Below the pieces are notes generated by a model. It ran no database searches. It saw nothing but the letters and a program-made list of their open reading frames with translations, and was not told the origin of the DNA. Made by a program: the position numbers and the translations under genes. This document shows, piece after piece, positions 19,424 through 29,060 of a stretch of 64,000 bases of DNA (position 1 is its first letter; every line of letters starts with the position of its first letter). Source of the DNA: Myxococcota bacterium (GTDB taxonomy: Bacteria; Myxococcota_A; Polyangia; Nannocystales; Nannocystaceae); assembly GCA_039194325.1 (NCBI GenBank), contig JBCCWC010000003.1:160001-224000 (forward strand), given 5' to 3'.

Positions 19424-22324
19424 TCATGAAGGCGGCGCGTGTTGCTCGACCCACGCCGCCGCCTCCTCGCGCTCGGACTCCCAGCGTTCACCCGCGGCCG
19501 TGAACTCCTCGTGAGCTTGCCGGGCCAGCGCGACCGCTGCGGCTCGGTCGTCCCCGATCTCCCATGACAGCCGCGCGACCTTCATATGGGCGCTCGCCAG
19601 GAAGCCAACGGAGGGGATCGTCCCCAGCTCTCGGATCTGCATGGCCTTCACCGCGGCCTCGTGGGCCGCTCGTAGCTCGCCCCGCGACTCGAGGATCGAA
19701 GCCAGCACGCTATGGGAGGCCGAAAGATCGTAGTGCAGGGGGGGCAACCGTTGCTGTCGGATCTCCAGGGCGCGCTGGCCATGCCGGAGCGCCGCGTCCT
19801 CGTCGAGCTCGGTCTCGATGATCGCGAGGTTGTGCAGCGTTCGGCCCACCTGCGGATGATCGGCGGGGAGCTGATGCTCGTAGATGGCCAGCGCACGCAG
19901 CAAGGTACTCCGCGCGTCGGCCCGGCGCCCGAGCTGCAGCAGCGAGCCTGCCATGTTCGACAGAGCGCTGGCGACCTCGGGGTCGTCGTCGCCACGGCCA
20001 CGCAGCAGCAGCTCTACGATCTGTCGCTGCTGCTCGAGCGCGCGGGAGAAGTCTCCCTTCTGCCAGTAGACCGCCGCGATGTTCGAGCGCGCGGTGAGGA
20101 CGCTACGGTGGTGTGGCTCGAACTGCCCCTCGGCGATGGCCAGTGAGGCCTCGAACTGCGCGAGTGCGTCATCGAGTTGACCGCTGCTCATATGGATCGC
20201 CCCGAGGTTGCTACGCACGCGCGCGATCTCGGGATGAGCGGGCCCCAGGAGCGCTTGTTGGATCTCCAGCGCTTGCAGGCTGTGGGTGAGCGCGGCCTCG
20301 TAGCTCCCCAACATCTGCTCGGCGATCGCGAGGTTGCTGAGCGCCGTGGCCACGACGGGATCATGGGATCCATGCTGAGCGACGAAGCCCTCGCGAGCGT
20401 GTTCGTAGCCGGCTCGGGCCGTCTCGTACCGACCCCGTGCCGTCTCGACGTGCGCGGTCGCCATGTGCAGGCGAGGCTCGAGGAGGGGATCTCCCCCGAT
20501 CTGCTCGAGGCCGGCCCGGGCGTGCCGGGCCCAGGTGTCCGCGGCCTCGTGATGATCGAGGCGATACCCCTCGGCGAACACCAACCGAGTCGCGATCCGG
20601 GCGGCGAGCGGGTCGCCTTGCGCCGCACGGGCCTCGAAGAACGCCCGACGCAAGGTCTGGGCTGCGGCCTCGTGCTCTCCCATCGCGTCTTGGGTGTGCC
20701 CCAGCCAAAACCCGACCTCGGCGTGCAGCAGGCGGTCATCGAGCGACTCGGCGCGCCGGTCCACCTGCACCGCTAGCTCGTGAGCCGCGGCGTGTTGGCC
20801 GGTGTGGTAGCGGGTGATGATCCGATCGAGATCGGTACGCACCGCGTCTGCATTGCGTGCCTTTTGCGGATCGCTCGGCGGGTCGGAGCCGCGGGGCTCG
20901 TCGGCGCATCGCGCCATCGGCGGAAGCTCGCTTGCGGCCTGGACCGCATGCTCGGCCACCGTGACGTCGGCCTGACCGAGTGCATCGACCAGCGCGCCGA
21001 ATCGGCGCCGGCCGGCGTCGAGGCACGCCATGCGGGGTTCGCTCGGGGACAGGCTCGGAGCCAGGCTCGGAGCCAGGCTCGGAGATGGACCCGATGCGGT
21101 CGCCGCGGTGCAGGCGGCGGCGTGCTCCTCGACCCATCCGGCCCCATAGTCGTCGAGTATCTCGATGGCTCGGGCGCTGGAGTGCTGGGCATAGGGCACC
21201 GAGACTCGAGCCAGGGCGTCCCTGACCGCATCGCGCTGCGCCGGGCTCCATACCTCCTGCCACTTTTGTGCCGCCGCTTCGAGGCACCCTTGATCCGAAG
21301 GCGCCATCGTCCACGCACCGGTGCCCACCACGGCCGCCATCAAGCCCAGCGCGACCCATCGCCGCGTCGCTCGGGGCGGCTCGAGGGCGGCCAGCAGCGC
21401 GCGGAGATCGGGGAATCGATCCGCGGGATCGACCTTCAGGCCCCGCCAAAGGGCCGCGAGCACCCACCGTGGCACTCCTCGATCGCGGGGTGGAGCGCTC
21501 ACTCGACCGTCGGTAATCGCATCGAGCAGCGCGAGCCGAGTCGGGCCCTCGAAGGGACGCTGGCCATAAAGAGCCTCGAACAACGACACGCACAGCGCGA
21601 ATTGATCGGTGCGGGCGTCTAGGGGCTTGCCCAGGAACTGCTCGGGCGCCATGTAGGCCGGGGTGCCCATGACCACGCCGTCCTCGGTGATCGAGTGCGA
21701 TCCCTCGAACGCCGACGAGCCCACGCAGCGCGACGTCGGATCTCGCTGGGCACACGCCAGGCCGAAATCCAGCACGCGCACCCGCCCGTCGGTCCCGATG
21801 ATCGCGTTGTCGGGCTTGAAGTCGCGATGCACCAGGCCCTTGTCGTGGGCCGCGATCAGCCCGGCCGCGACTTGGCGATAGACCTCCAGCACCTCGCGCC
21901 AGGTCCGTGATCTCGCTTGGTGCCACTGGCGCAGCGTGAGCCCCTCGACGTGCTCCATCACGAGGAACAGGATCGGCGCCATGTCCGGTCCCTGGAGCCA
22001 GCCGTCACCAACCTCGAAGACCTGCACCACGTTGGGATGAGACAGGCAGGCCAGGGCACGGGCTTCTCGACGAGCGCGATCTCGTCCGCGGTCGCCGACT
22101 CGGTGCAGGTCGATCGTCTTGATCGCGACCCGACGGGCGAGGCGGTCGTCGAACGCCTCGTAGACCACGCCCATGCCCCCGCGTCCGAGCTCTCGGCGGA
22201 TCTGAAATCCGCCGATCGAGCGCGGCAACCCGAGCGACCGAGGCGGAGCGGCCGCGGCTGTATTCGCCAGCGCCACCTCGCCGGTGGATCGAGCCGTTAT
22301 CGAAGGATCAGGCGCAACGGACAT
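19424..22324 (-). CDS. Membrane Ser/Thr kinase with TPR repeats
   Basis: LGRGGMGVV, VAIK, HRDFKPDN, DFG, GTPAYMAPE; TM; TPR repeats. ATG at 22324 chosen. Confidence 0.92.
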   Translation of the reverse strand: MSVAPDPSITARSTGEVALANTAAAAPPRSLGLPRSIGGFQIRRELGRGGMGVVYEAFDDRLARRVAIKTIDLHRVGDRGRDRARREARALACLSHPNVVQVFEVGDGWLQGPDMAPILFLVMEHVEGLTLRQWHQARSRTWREVLEVYRQVAAGLIAAHDKGLVHRDFKPDNAIIGTDGRVRVLDFGLACAQRDPTSRCVGSSAFEGSHSITEDGVVMGTPAYMAPEQFLGKPLDARTDQFALCVSLFEALYGQRPFEGPTRLALLDAITDGRVSAPPRDRGVPRWVLAALWRGLKVDPADRFPDLRALLAALEPPRATRRWVALGLMAAVVGTGAWTMAPSDQGCLEAAAQKWQEVWSPAQRDAVRDALARVSVPYAQHSSARAIEILDDYGAGWVEEHAAACTAATASGPSPSLAPSLAPSLSPSEPRMACLDAGRRRFGALVDALGQADVTVAEHAVQAASELPPMARCADEPRGSDPPSDPQKARNADAVRTDLDRIITRYHTGQHAAAHELAVQVDRRAESLDDRLLHAEVGFWLGHTQDAMGEHEAAAQTLRRAFFEARAAQGDPLAARIATRLVFAEGYRLDHHEAADTWARHARAGLEQIGGDPLLEPRLHMATAHVETARGRYETARAGYEHAREGFVAQHGSHDPVVATALSNLAIAEQMLGSYEAALTHSLQALEIQQALLGPAHPEIARVRSNLGAIHMSSGQLDDALAQFEASLAIAEGQFEPHHRSVLTARSNIAAVYWQKGDFSRALEQQRQIVELLLRGRGDDDPEVASALSNMAGSLLQLGRRADARSTLLRALAIYEHQLPADHPQVGRTLHNLAIIETELDEDAALRHGQRALEIRQQRLPPLHYDLSASHSVLASILESRGELRAAHEAAVKAMQIRELGTIPSVGFLASAHMKVARLSWEIGDDRAAAVALARQAHEEFTAAGERWESEREEAAAWVEQHAPPS

Positions 22325-22459
22325 GCGAGCCTGGCCAAGCCCCTGCCAAGAGGTATGCACGCGTGGACGGATCGTTGCCCCTTTTCTTTCAAACTTTTTG
22401 CTTTTTACCGTCAAACTCGTCGTCGCCTACCCCGTGGGTGCGTAGGGGTTCGACTTCGA

Positions 22460-23083
22460 TCACCGGGCGGGGGGCTCGAATTGGGCCTTGCGGATCTGCA
22501 GCGCCCAGCCGTCCAGATCGCTCTTGGTCCGTCGTAGCAGCTCGGGATCGTGGCTGAGCTTGGTCAGCGCTGTTTCGACCTTCTGGCGAGCCGCGCGGAG
22601 CCGCGTGCGGATCGTGCCGTGCGGGACGCTCAGCACCTCGGAGATCTCCGCCGAGGTCATCCCTTCCCAATAGTAAAGCTCGAGCACGACCTGTTGCTCC
22701 AGCGGAATTCGTCGCAGCGCCGCCAACAGCAGCCGGTGCTCGTCGCGGCGAGCCACCATGGTCGACGGCCCCGCAGAGTGATCCGCGGCGCTGTCGGTTG
22801 CCGGGTCGAAGCGCTCGCCGTGCTTGCGGATGCGATCGAAGTGTCGCCGCAGCACGTTGTAGGCCACCCCAAAGAGGAACGACTCGAAGCGGGTCCGATC
22901 CCGGACTCGTTCGCGCGACTCGAGGCAAGACTCGAAGGTCTCCTGGATGAGATCGGCGGTGTCGCCCCCGATCTTGTTGGCGAAGAACCGCGCGACCCCC
23001 GGGTAGTGACGCTCGAACAGCGCGCTCCCGGCCGCGTGATCTCCCTGGCACCAGGCCTCGAGCAGATCCGAGTCGCTTTGCAT
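22460..23083 (-). CDS. ECF RNA polymerase sigma factor
   Basis: Region 2 (LFERHY...DLIQETF...FESFLFGVAYN) and region 4 (LELYYWEGMTSAEISEVLSVPHGTIRTRLRAAR). Confidence 0.92.
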   Translation of the reverse strand: MQSDSDLLEAWCQGDHAAGSALFERHYPGVARFFANKIGGDTADLIQETFESCLESRERVRDRTRFESFLFGVAYNVLRRHFDRIRKHGERFDPATDSAADHSAGPSTMVARRDEHRLLLAALRRIPLEQQVVLELYYWEGMTSAEISEVLSVPHGTIRTRLRAARQKVETALTKLSHDPELLRRTKSDLDGWALQIRKAQFEPPAR

Positions 23084-23310
23084 ACGGACAGCATAGTCTG
23101 GCTCGCCGCACTCTCGCCGCGCTGGCGTGCGTGCGTGGGCGGATGTGGGTCTAGTGTCGGGGTAGGCCCCACGTGGTGACGAGCGTCGCCCATTCTGGCC
23201 GCGCGATCGGTCTTTTTGCCGCGTTCACGTTTTTTTCGTGCTCGGGCGGGGATTTCTTCGTAGGTCGCGTGATCGTTTGGCCTCGGTCGCGCACTGACCT
23301 GCGGGAGGTC

Positions 23311-24858
23311 ATGAGATTGAGCTTGCAGATCGCACGATTGACTTTGATGGTGTCCTTGGCCCTGACCGTCGGGGCATGCGGCTATGCGGCCTACGAAGAC
23401 GCCGGCTACGACGGGTACGGGGGCTACGACGAAGATCCCGGCGACGGAGCCGGCGGGGCCGACGGGGCCGACGGGGCCGACGATGGCGGCCAGGCCATGC
23501 CGATCCCGCCTCCGCCCCCGCCCGACGAGGATTTCGAGCCGCCCGAGCCCACCGAGTGCAACGACGCCGACCGGGTCACCCTGTTCTTGTCTCCCGACGA
23601 CTCGAACTCGATGTCCTCACCCGTGCAGGTCCGCGAAGCCGTGTTCAATGGCTTTAGCTCGCTGGCCAGCATCCCCATTCGCACGTGGGAGTTCATGAAC
23701 TACTACGGCTTCGACTATCCCGCGGCCGAAGCGGGGGGCGTGCGGGTCATCCCTTCGCTGATGGTGCCCAAAGGGGCCGAAGACGGCGAGTACACCCTCC
23801 AGATTGCGGTCTCCAGCGAGCAGGTCACCCCGGCCGACCGAGCGCCCATGAACGTCACGCTCGTGCTCGATACCTCGGGATCCATGCAGGGACATCCCAT
23901 GCGGATGCTCCAGGCCACGGGTCGCGCCATCGCGGGCAGCCTCGACGAGGGCGACATCATCTCCATCGTCACCTGGGACACGGAAAACCAGGAGATCCTC
24001 GCGGGGCACGCCGTACAGGGGCCCGACGATCCCACGCTGCTCGCGGCCATCGATGCGCTGGAAGCGGGCGGGGGGACCGATCTCCACGGTGGCCTGGTCG
24101 CGGGCTACGATCTCGCCCTTCAGTCGTACAACCGGGAGCGGATCAACCGCATCGTGCTGGTCAGCGACGGCGGGGCCAACGCGGGGATCACCGACATCGA
24201 TCTCATCGCCTCGCACGCCGACGGCCAAGACTCCGACGGCCTCTACATGGTGGGCGTTGGCGTGGGCGACGGCTCCTCGTACAAAGACGACCTCATGGAT
24301 ACGGTCACCGACGCGGGCCGGGGTGCCTCCGTGTTCATCAACAGTGAGGCGGAGGCGCAGCATATCTTCGGCGAGCGCTTCATCAGCACGCTCGACGTCG
24401 CCGTGCGCGACGTCTCGGTGAGCCTGGAGATGCCCCCGGGCTTCTCGGTGGTGCGCTTCTCGGGAGAGGAGATCAGCGCCGATCCCGATCAAGTCGAGCC
24501 GCAGCACCTCGCGCCCAACGATGCCATGATCTTCCACCAAGAGATCGAGACCTGCGCGCCCGAGCAAGTCGACGATCAGACCGCCTTCGAGGTGGTGGTG
24601 CACTACCTCGACGGCACCACGTTCGAGCCCAGCCAGATCCGTACCCAGGTGACCTTTGGCGACCTGCTGAGCGCCGACGATCCGTTGTTGCTCAAGGGCG
24701 CCGCGGTCTTCGCCTACGCCGAGGCCCTCGATGATCGCCAGCAGAGCGCCTCGGCGTCGCTGGAGCCCGCCTTTGCCGCCCTCGAGCAGGCCGAGGCCGC
24801 CAACGATGGCGATCCCGATCTCGCCGAGATCCGCCTCATTCTCGAGACGCTCCAGTAA
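23311..24858 (+). CDS. VWA domain lipoprotein (YfbK-like)
   Basis: GGGAGG SD; lipobox VGAC; MIDAS LDTSGSM, GGGT, LVSDGGAN; EFMNYY. Confidence 0.88.
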   Translation: MRLSLQIARLTLMVSLALTVGACGYAAYEDAGYDGYGGYDEDPGDGAGGADGADGADDGGQAMPIPPPPPPDEDFEPPEPTECNDADRVTLFLSPDDSNSMSSPVQVREAVFNGFSSLASIPIRTWEFMNYYGFDYPAAEAGGVRVIPSLMVPKGAEDGEYTLQIAVSSEQVTPADRAPMNVTLVLDTSGSMQGHPMRMLQATGRAIAGSLDEGDIISIVTWDTENQEILAGHAVQGPDDPTLLAAIDALEAGGGTDLHGGLVAGYDLALQSYNRERINRIVLVSDGGANAGITDIDLIASHADGQDSDGLYMVGVGVGDGSSYKDDLMDTVTDAGRGASVFINSEAEAQHIFGERFISTLDVAVRDVSVSLEMPPGFSVVRFSGEEISADPDQVEPQHLAPNDAMIFHQEIETCAPEQVDDQTAFEVVVHYLDGTTFEPSQIRTQVTFGDLLSADDPLLLKGAAVFAYAEALDDRQQSASASLEPAFAALEQAEAANDGDPDLAEIRLILETLQ

Positions 24859-24996
24859 GCGACCCGTCGCGCGTGCTCGTGCTGTGGGCCCCGGCCGCTT
24901 GTGCGGCTCGGGCCCTTCGTCACGGTCGCGTAACACCTCCGCTCGCCGGCTCGCGCTTCCTTAGAGCGGGAGCGTGGCGCTACCCTCCGCGTGATC

Positions 24997-25956
24997 ATGG
25001 GTCGCGCCAGCATCCCCACGGCCAGCATCCCCACGGCCAGCATCCCCACGATTAGCTACGAGGACTTCGTCGCTGGTGGCGAGGTGGCCGAGCGCTTCGT
25101 CGAGGTCTTAGGCCGGGGCCTCGAGCGCTTCGGCTTCGTGTTCGTGCGGGACCACGGCATCGACGTCGAGCTGCTGCGACGCACCTATGCGCTCGCCGAG
25201 CAATTGTTCGCCCTCCCCGACGCGGTCAAGCGCCGCTACGAGACCCCCGACGACGGACGACAGCGCGGCTACACCTCCTTCGGGGTCGAGCACGCCCGGG
25301 ATCAGACCGTCGCCGATCTCAAGGAGTTCTGGCACGTAGGTCGACGCCTGCCTGCCGATCACCCGCTGACGATCCGCAAGGAGATCCCTCGCAATTGCTA
25401 CGCCGAGGAGATCCCCGGGTTCTCCGAGACCTCGCAGGCCCTGTTCGACGCGCTCGACCGCTTCTCCCTGCGGCTGCTGGGAGCGATCGAACGCTACCTC
25501 GGGCTGCCGGATGGCACCTTCGAGGCGCTCACCTGCGACGGGAACTCCGTGCTTCGCATCATCCACTACCCACCGTTACCCGGAGACGTACCCGCCGGGG
25601 CGGTGCGTGCCGCCCAGCACGAGGACATCAACCTCATCACCGTCCTGCCCGCGTCGACCGAGCCCGGTTTGCAGCTGATGACCCGCGACGGCCAGTGGCT
25701 CGACGTCAGCCCTCCGCCCGACGCGATGGTCTGCGACACGGGCGACATGATGCAGCTATTGACCAACGGCCGCCTCCCCGCCACGACCCATCGGGTGACC
25801 AACCCCCCGCAGGACCCACAACGGTCGCGATACTCGATGCCCCTATTTTGTCACCCCCACCCCGACGCGATCCTCCGCCCCGCCGGTCCCGGCGCGCCCG
25901 CCATCACCGCTCGCGACTTCTTGATGGAGCGCCTACGCGAGATCGGCCTGGCCTGA
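24997..25956 (+). CDS. 2-oxoglutarate/Fe(II) oxygenase, isopenicillin N synthase-like family
   Basis: GQRGY, DLKEFW, LRIIHYPP, HEDIN (HxD), TTHRV, RYS. Confidence 0.9.
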   Translation: MGRASIPTASIPTASIPTISYEDFVAGGEVAERFVEVLGRGLERFGFVFVRDHGIDVELLRRTYALAEQLFALPDAVKRRYETPDDGRQRGYTSFGVEHARDQTVADLKEFWHVGRRLPADHPLTIRKEIPRNCYAEEIPGFSETSQALFDALDRFSLRLLGAIERYLGLPDGTFEALTCDGNSVLRIIHYPPLPGDVPAGAVRAAQHEDINLITVLPASTEPGLQLMTRDGQWLDVSPPPDAMVCDTGDMMQLLTNGRLPATTHRVTNPPQDPQRSRYSMPLFCHPHPDAILRPAGPGAPAITARDFLMERLREIGLA

Positions 25957-25958
25957 GC

Positions 25959-27512
25959 TCACCCCGGGGGTAGCTTCAGCGCCGTCAGTGTCTGCTGCGC
26001 GCTCGCCACCAGCCACCCCTTGCCCTGAACCAATCGGACATCATCCCCATAGATCGACGCACCATCCTCCACGCTCAGCGGGCTCTGCCAACGCGGCATC
26101 CCGGTGGTCGGATCCAGCTCGAGCAGCGCCGGCGGCTCGCCCTCATGTAGGCCGCCGGTCACCCCGAACACTCGGCGGCCGTCGGTGGCCAGCGGCCCTT
26201 GTCCGCCCAGCCCGACCTTCCAGCGCACCGTGCCATCCGCGATCGCCTGCGTGTACTCCTCGGCATGAACCACCACGGTGCCGTCGTCGAGCAACGCCGG
26301 CCGGTCGTAGGTGGAGTCACGCACAAACGAGCGCCACGTGCGACACCCTTCGGGAGGATCCACGCAGCCTTCGCACTCCGACTCGCTCAGCACCAGGGCC
26401 CCGGGCTGCGGCCAGCCCGAGGGCGCGACCGGGGTCCCGCTGTGGCAGCGGGTGGGATCGAGCACGACCACGTCGCCATCGATGAGCAGCACCAGTCGCG
26501 GGTCGTCGAGGATGACCTGCCCGAGCCCGTCGTGGGCCCCGATGGTCATCAGGCGCTGCATCTGGGCCGAGAAGACCCGGAGCTCGTCGTCTTCCCAGAC
26601 ATAGCGCATGCCCGCCGCGTCCACGTGCAGCTGCACGTCGCTGTCCAGGTACTCGCGCTTCAGTTGCCCCTGGGCCTCGACGCACCCCTCGGTCCCCGGC
26701 GGGCTCGCGCACCGCTCGGGGTTCACCAAAAAGAAGCGACCCTCGCCATCGAGCACCAGCAAGCCCTGGCCGCTGACCGCCGCGGTCCGTACCGCGGGCA
26801 TGCCTCCGCCGTCATCCTCGGGGAGCGCCGGCAGGCTCGCGGTCCAGCGCTCTTTGCCCGAGCTCGGATCGAAGGCCACCACCCGGTTCTCCTCCGCGGC
26901 CACCCACGTCGCGGGGCTGCCGGGCACGGGCAGCAGCCACCGCGCGTGGTCGCCTGCCTTGCGCCACACCACCTTGCCGTCGCGAAGCCCCACGAGGCCA
27001 TCGCTCTCGACCCCCGCGACCGCGAGCACGGTCCCGTCGTCGGCGAGCTCCAGCACCCGCGGCTCGCTCTCGAAGCTGAAGGTCCACGAGGGCTTCGGCC
27101 CGGTGGGGATCTCCTTGGGCAGCGGGGTCGCGCCATCCATCGCCGCGATCACCCGCTCTTCGCAGCCGTCCCTGAGCATGCCCAGGGGCGATAGACACCG
27201 CATGACGTCCTCGGGCCAGGTCATGCACTTGTCGAGCAGCTCCTTGCGGAGGCCGCGAGCCTCGGCCCGGACCTGGCCGCGGCTGGCGTCGGCCTCGGCT
27301 CCCGCCGGGTCGTCGTCGAGCGCCGTCACCAACAGCTGCCCTGCGAGCACCGCTTGTCCAGCCGCCTCGGTGGCGAAGCGCTCGCATTGTCGCTTGTGCT
27401 TGGCCTCGGGGCTCTGTTCCACTGCGGGCGGCGGATCCTTCTTGCACGCGCCGAGCGTGCACGCACCGAGGATCAGCAGGGCGAGCGGAACGACCAGGCG
27501 CAGCGACAACAT
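25959..27512 (-). CDS. Lipoprotein with PQQ-like beta-propeller repeats
   Basis: Lipobox LGAC; DGKVVW, SGKERW, DGTVRW and TGMPRW blades. Confidence 0.75.
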   Translation of the reverse strand: MLSLRLVVPLALLILGACTLGACKKDPPPAVEQSPEAKHKRQCERFATEAAGQAVLAGQLLVTALDDDPAGAEADASRGQVRAEARGLRKELLDKCMTWPEDVMRCLSPLGMLRDGCEERVIAAMDGATPLPKEIPTGPKPSWTFSFESEPRVLELADDGTVLAVAGVESDGLVGLRDGKVVWRKAGDHARWLLPVPGSPATWVAAEENRVVAFDPSSGKERWTASLPALPEDDGGGMPAVRTAAVSGQGLLVLDGEGRFFLVNPERCASPPGTEGCVEAQGQLKREYLDSDVQLHVDAAGMRYVWEDDELRVFSAQMQRLMTIGAHDGLGQVILDDPRLVLLIDGDVVVLDPTRCHSGTPVAPSGWPQPGALVLSESECEGCVDPPEGCRTWRSFVRDSTYDRPALLDDGTVVVHAEEYTQAIADGTVRWKVGLGGQGPLATDGRRVFGVTGGLHEGEPPALLELDPTTGMPRWQSPLSVEDGASIYGDDVRLVQGKGWLVASAQQTLTALKLPPG

Positions 27513-27618
27513 GGTGGGGAGTGTCGCGCACGCCGACCCAGCTGCCCATGGCGGGTCTTGATGGCACAGCGCGCGGTCGCGGAGCGATGTTTTCGTCGGT
27601 GCTCGGGCGCACCCCGGG

Positions 27619-28107
27619 TCAGGCGAACATCGCGTCGAGCTCGGTCGCGACGGCCTTCTCGTCCTGACCCTTGGCCAGCGCGAGCTCCTGCACCAGCAGC
27701 GAACGCGCCGTGTCGAGCATCTTGCGCTCACCGAAACTCAGCTCCTTGTCGGAGCGGAGGATGCATAGGTCGCGGAGCACCGAGGCGATCTCGACCAGCG
27801 ACCCGGTCTTGATCTTCTCCATGTACTCGCGGTACCGACGGTTCCAGGTGGCGGTGGAGATCTTGGCGCCGCGGTGCTTGAGCACGGTATACACGCGCTC
27901 GACCTCCGCCTCGTCGACCAGCATGCGCAAGCCCACGGACTTGGCATTGTGCTTGGGCACCATGACCTTCATGTTGTTCTCGAGCACGCTGAGCACGTAG
28001 AACTCGAGCTTGGCGCCGGAGATCTCTCGGGCCTCCAGACCGGTGATCTCGGCCACGCCGTGACCCGGATAGACCACCTTGTCGCCTACGCTGAACGTCT
28101 GAGCCAT
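27619..28107 (-). CDS. carD: CarD/CdnL family RNA polymerase-binding regulator
   Basis: FSVGDKVVYPGHGV, TWNRRYREYMEKIKTGS, LSFGERKML; 162 aa with no HMGA domain, so CdnL-type. Confidence 0.95.
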   Translation of the reverse strand: MAQTFSVGDKVVYPGHGVAEITGLEAREISGAKLEFYVLSVLENNMKVMVPKHNAKSVGLRMLVDEAEVERVYTVLKHRGAKISTATWNRRYREYMEKIKTGSLVEIASVLRDLCILRSDKELSFGERKMLDTARSLLVQELALAKGQDEKAVATELDAMFA

Positions 28108-28503
28108 GGCTCTTGCTCCTGAGCGTCGCTCGTCAGTTGGCTCGCAAAGCGAGCAAAGCTAGGGTGAACGGGCACACCGCGGGCAACGTAGGAGGCGTAT
28201 AGTTAGCAATGGAGTCACCAAAGGTCAAGAAAATGCCTGAACGACGTTTATAGGGTGAGCAGGGGCGCTTTTGCCGCATTCGACGAGGAGCCAACAGGGG
28301 CAGGTGTGTCGAAAACGACGCGTGAAACGGTCGTGAGAGGCCAAGCGGAGCGGTGCTCGTTGTCAGAGGTTCCCGCAGGGTTTGCTGGGCCGGTCCTGGG
28401 CAGCGGCGATGGTGACGCCGCCCCGGCGGACCGAGGTGCAATCATTTTAGCGCGATCGTGACGGAAGGCGAACCCAGGGGGTGTGCCGTATGATTGGCGA
28501 CCG

Positions 28504-29019
28504 ATGATCACGGCCTCTGCGAACGGTCGGTTCCGGCTGGCTCATCGTTCAGGGCTCGCGGCGTCGCTGCTGGCTGTGACGATGTTTGCCGGTTGTGCCA
28601 CTAGCCCCGATCGTCTCCCCGAGCTCGACCGACGTTTCTACTACAACCTCCCCACCGGCGAGGATCAGCAAGCATTCCTCCAGCTCAAGGCCGGCGAGCG
28701 TCAGGCCTTCCTCGAGCGCAAGGGTCTGTGGGGCAAGTGGCAAGGGCTTCCGCTCGTCGAGCGCGAAGCGGTCAGCCGCGGTGAGATCGACCTGGGCTTT
28801 CACGAGTTCGCGGTGTTCATGGCTTGGGGACCACCCGCCGACACCCAGGACCGCGACGCCAACGGTCGACCGCTGCAGCTGCACACCTTCATCCGCTGCT
28901 CCAGCGGCCCCAAGCGCGGCCGCTACGTGCGGAGCAACCTCGATTGCGATGGCACCTCCAGCGAGACCCAGGTGTCGATCGACCAGGGTCTCGTCATCGA
29001 GATCGTGTACCCGAATTGA
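28504..29019 (+). CDS. Hypothetical lipoprotein
   Basis: Lipobox FAGC; LGF...VFMAWGPP motif reminiscent of SmpA/OmlA-like domains. Confidence 0.7.
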   Translation: MITASANGRFRLAHRSGLAASLLAVTMFAGCATSPDRLPELDRRFYYNLPTGEDQQAFLQLKAGERQAFLERKGLWGKWQGLPLVEREAVSRGEIDLGFHEFAVFMAWGPPADTQDRDANGRPLQLHTFIRCSSGPKRGRYVRSNLDCDGTSSETQVSIDQGLVIEIVYPN

Positions 29020-29060
29020 TCAAAGGAGATTCGTCTCCGACGAATCTCCCTCCGCCGATC

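Noticed and set aside
24997..25956. Beta-lactam biosynthesis (IPNS-like gene, with BlaI/M56 and an MBL-fold gene in the window)
   Set aside because: No ACV synthetase or other NRPS; all three families are widespread with unrelated roles.
28200..28228. Minus-strand promoter for carD (TTGACC-17-TAACTA)
   Set aside because: Plausible, but the -10 lacks the conserved final T; too weak to list without TSS data.
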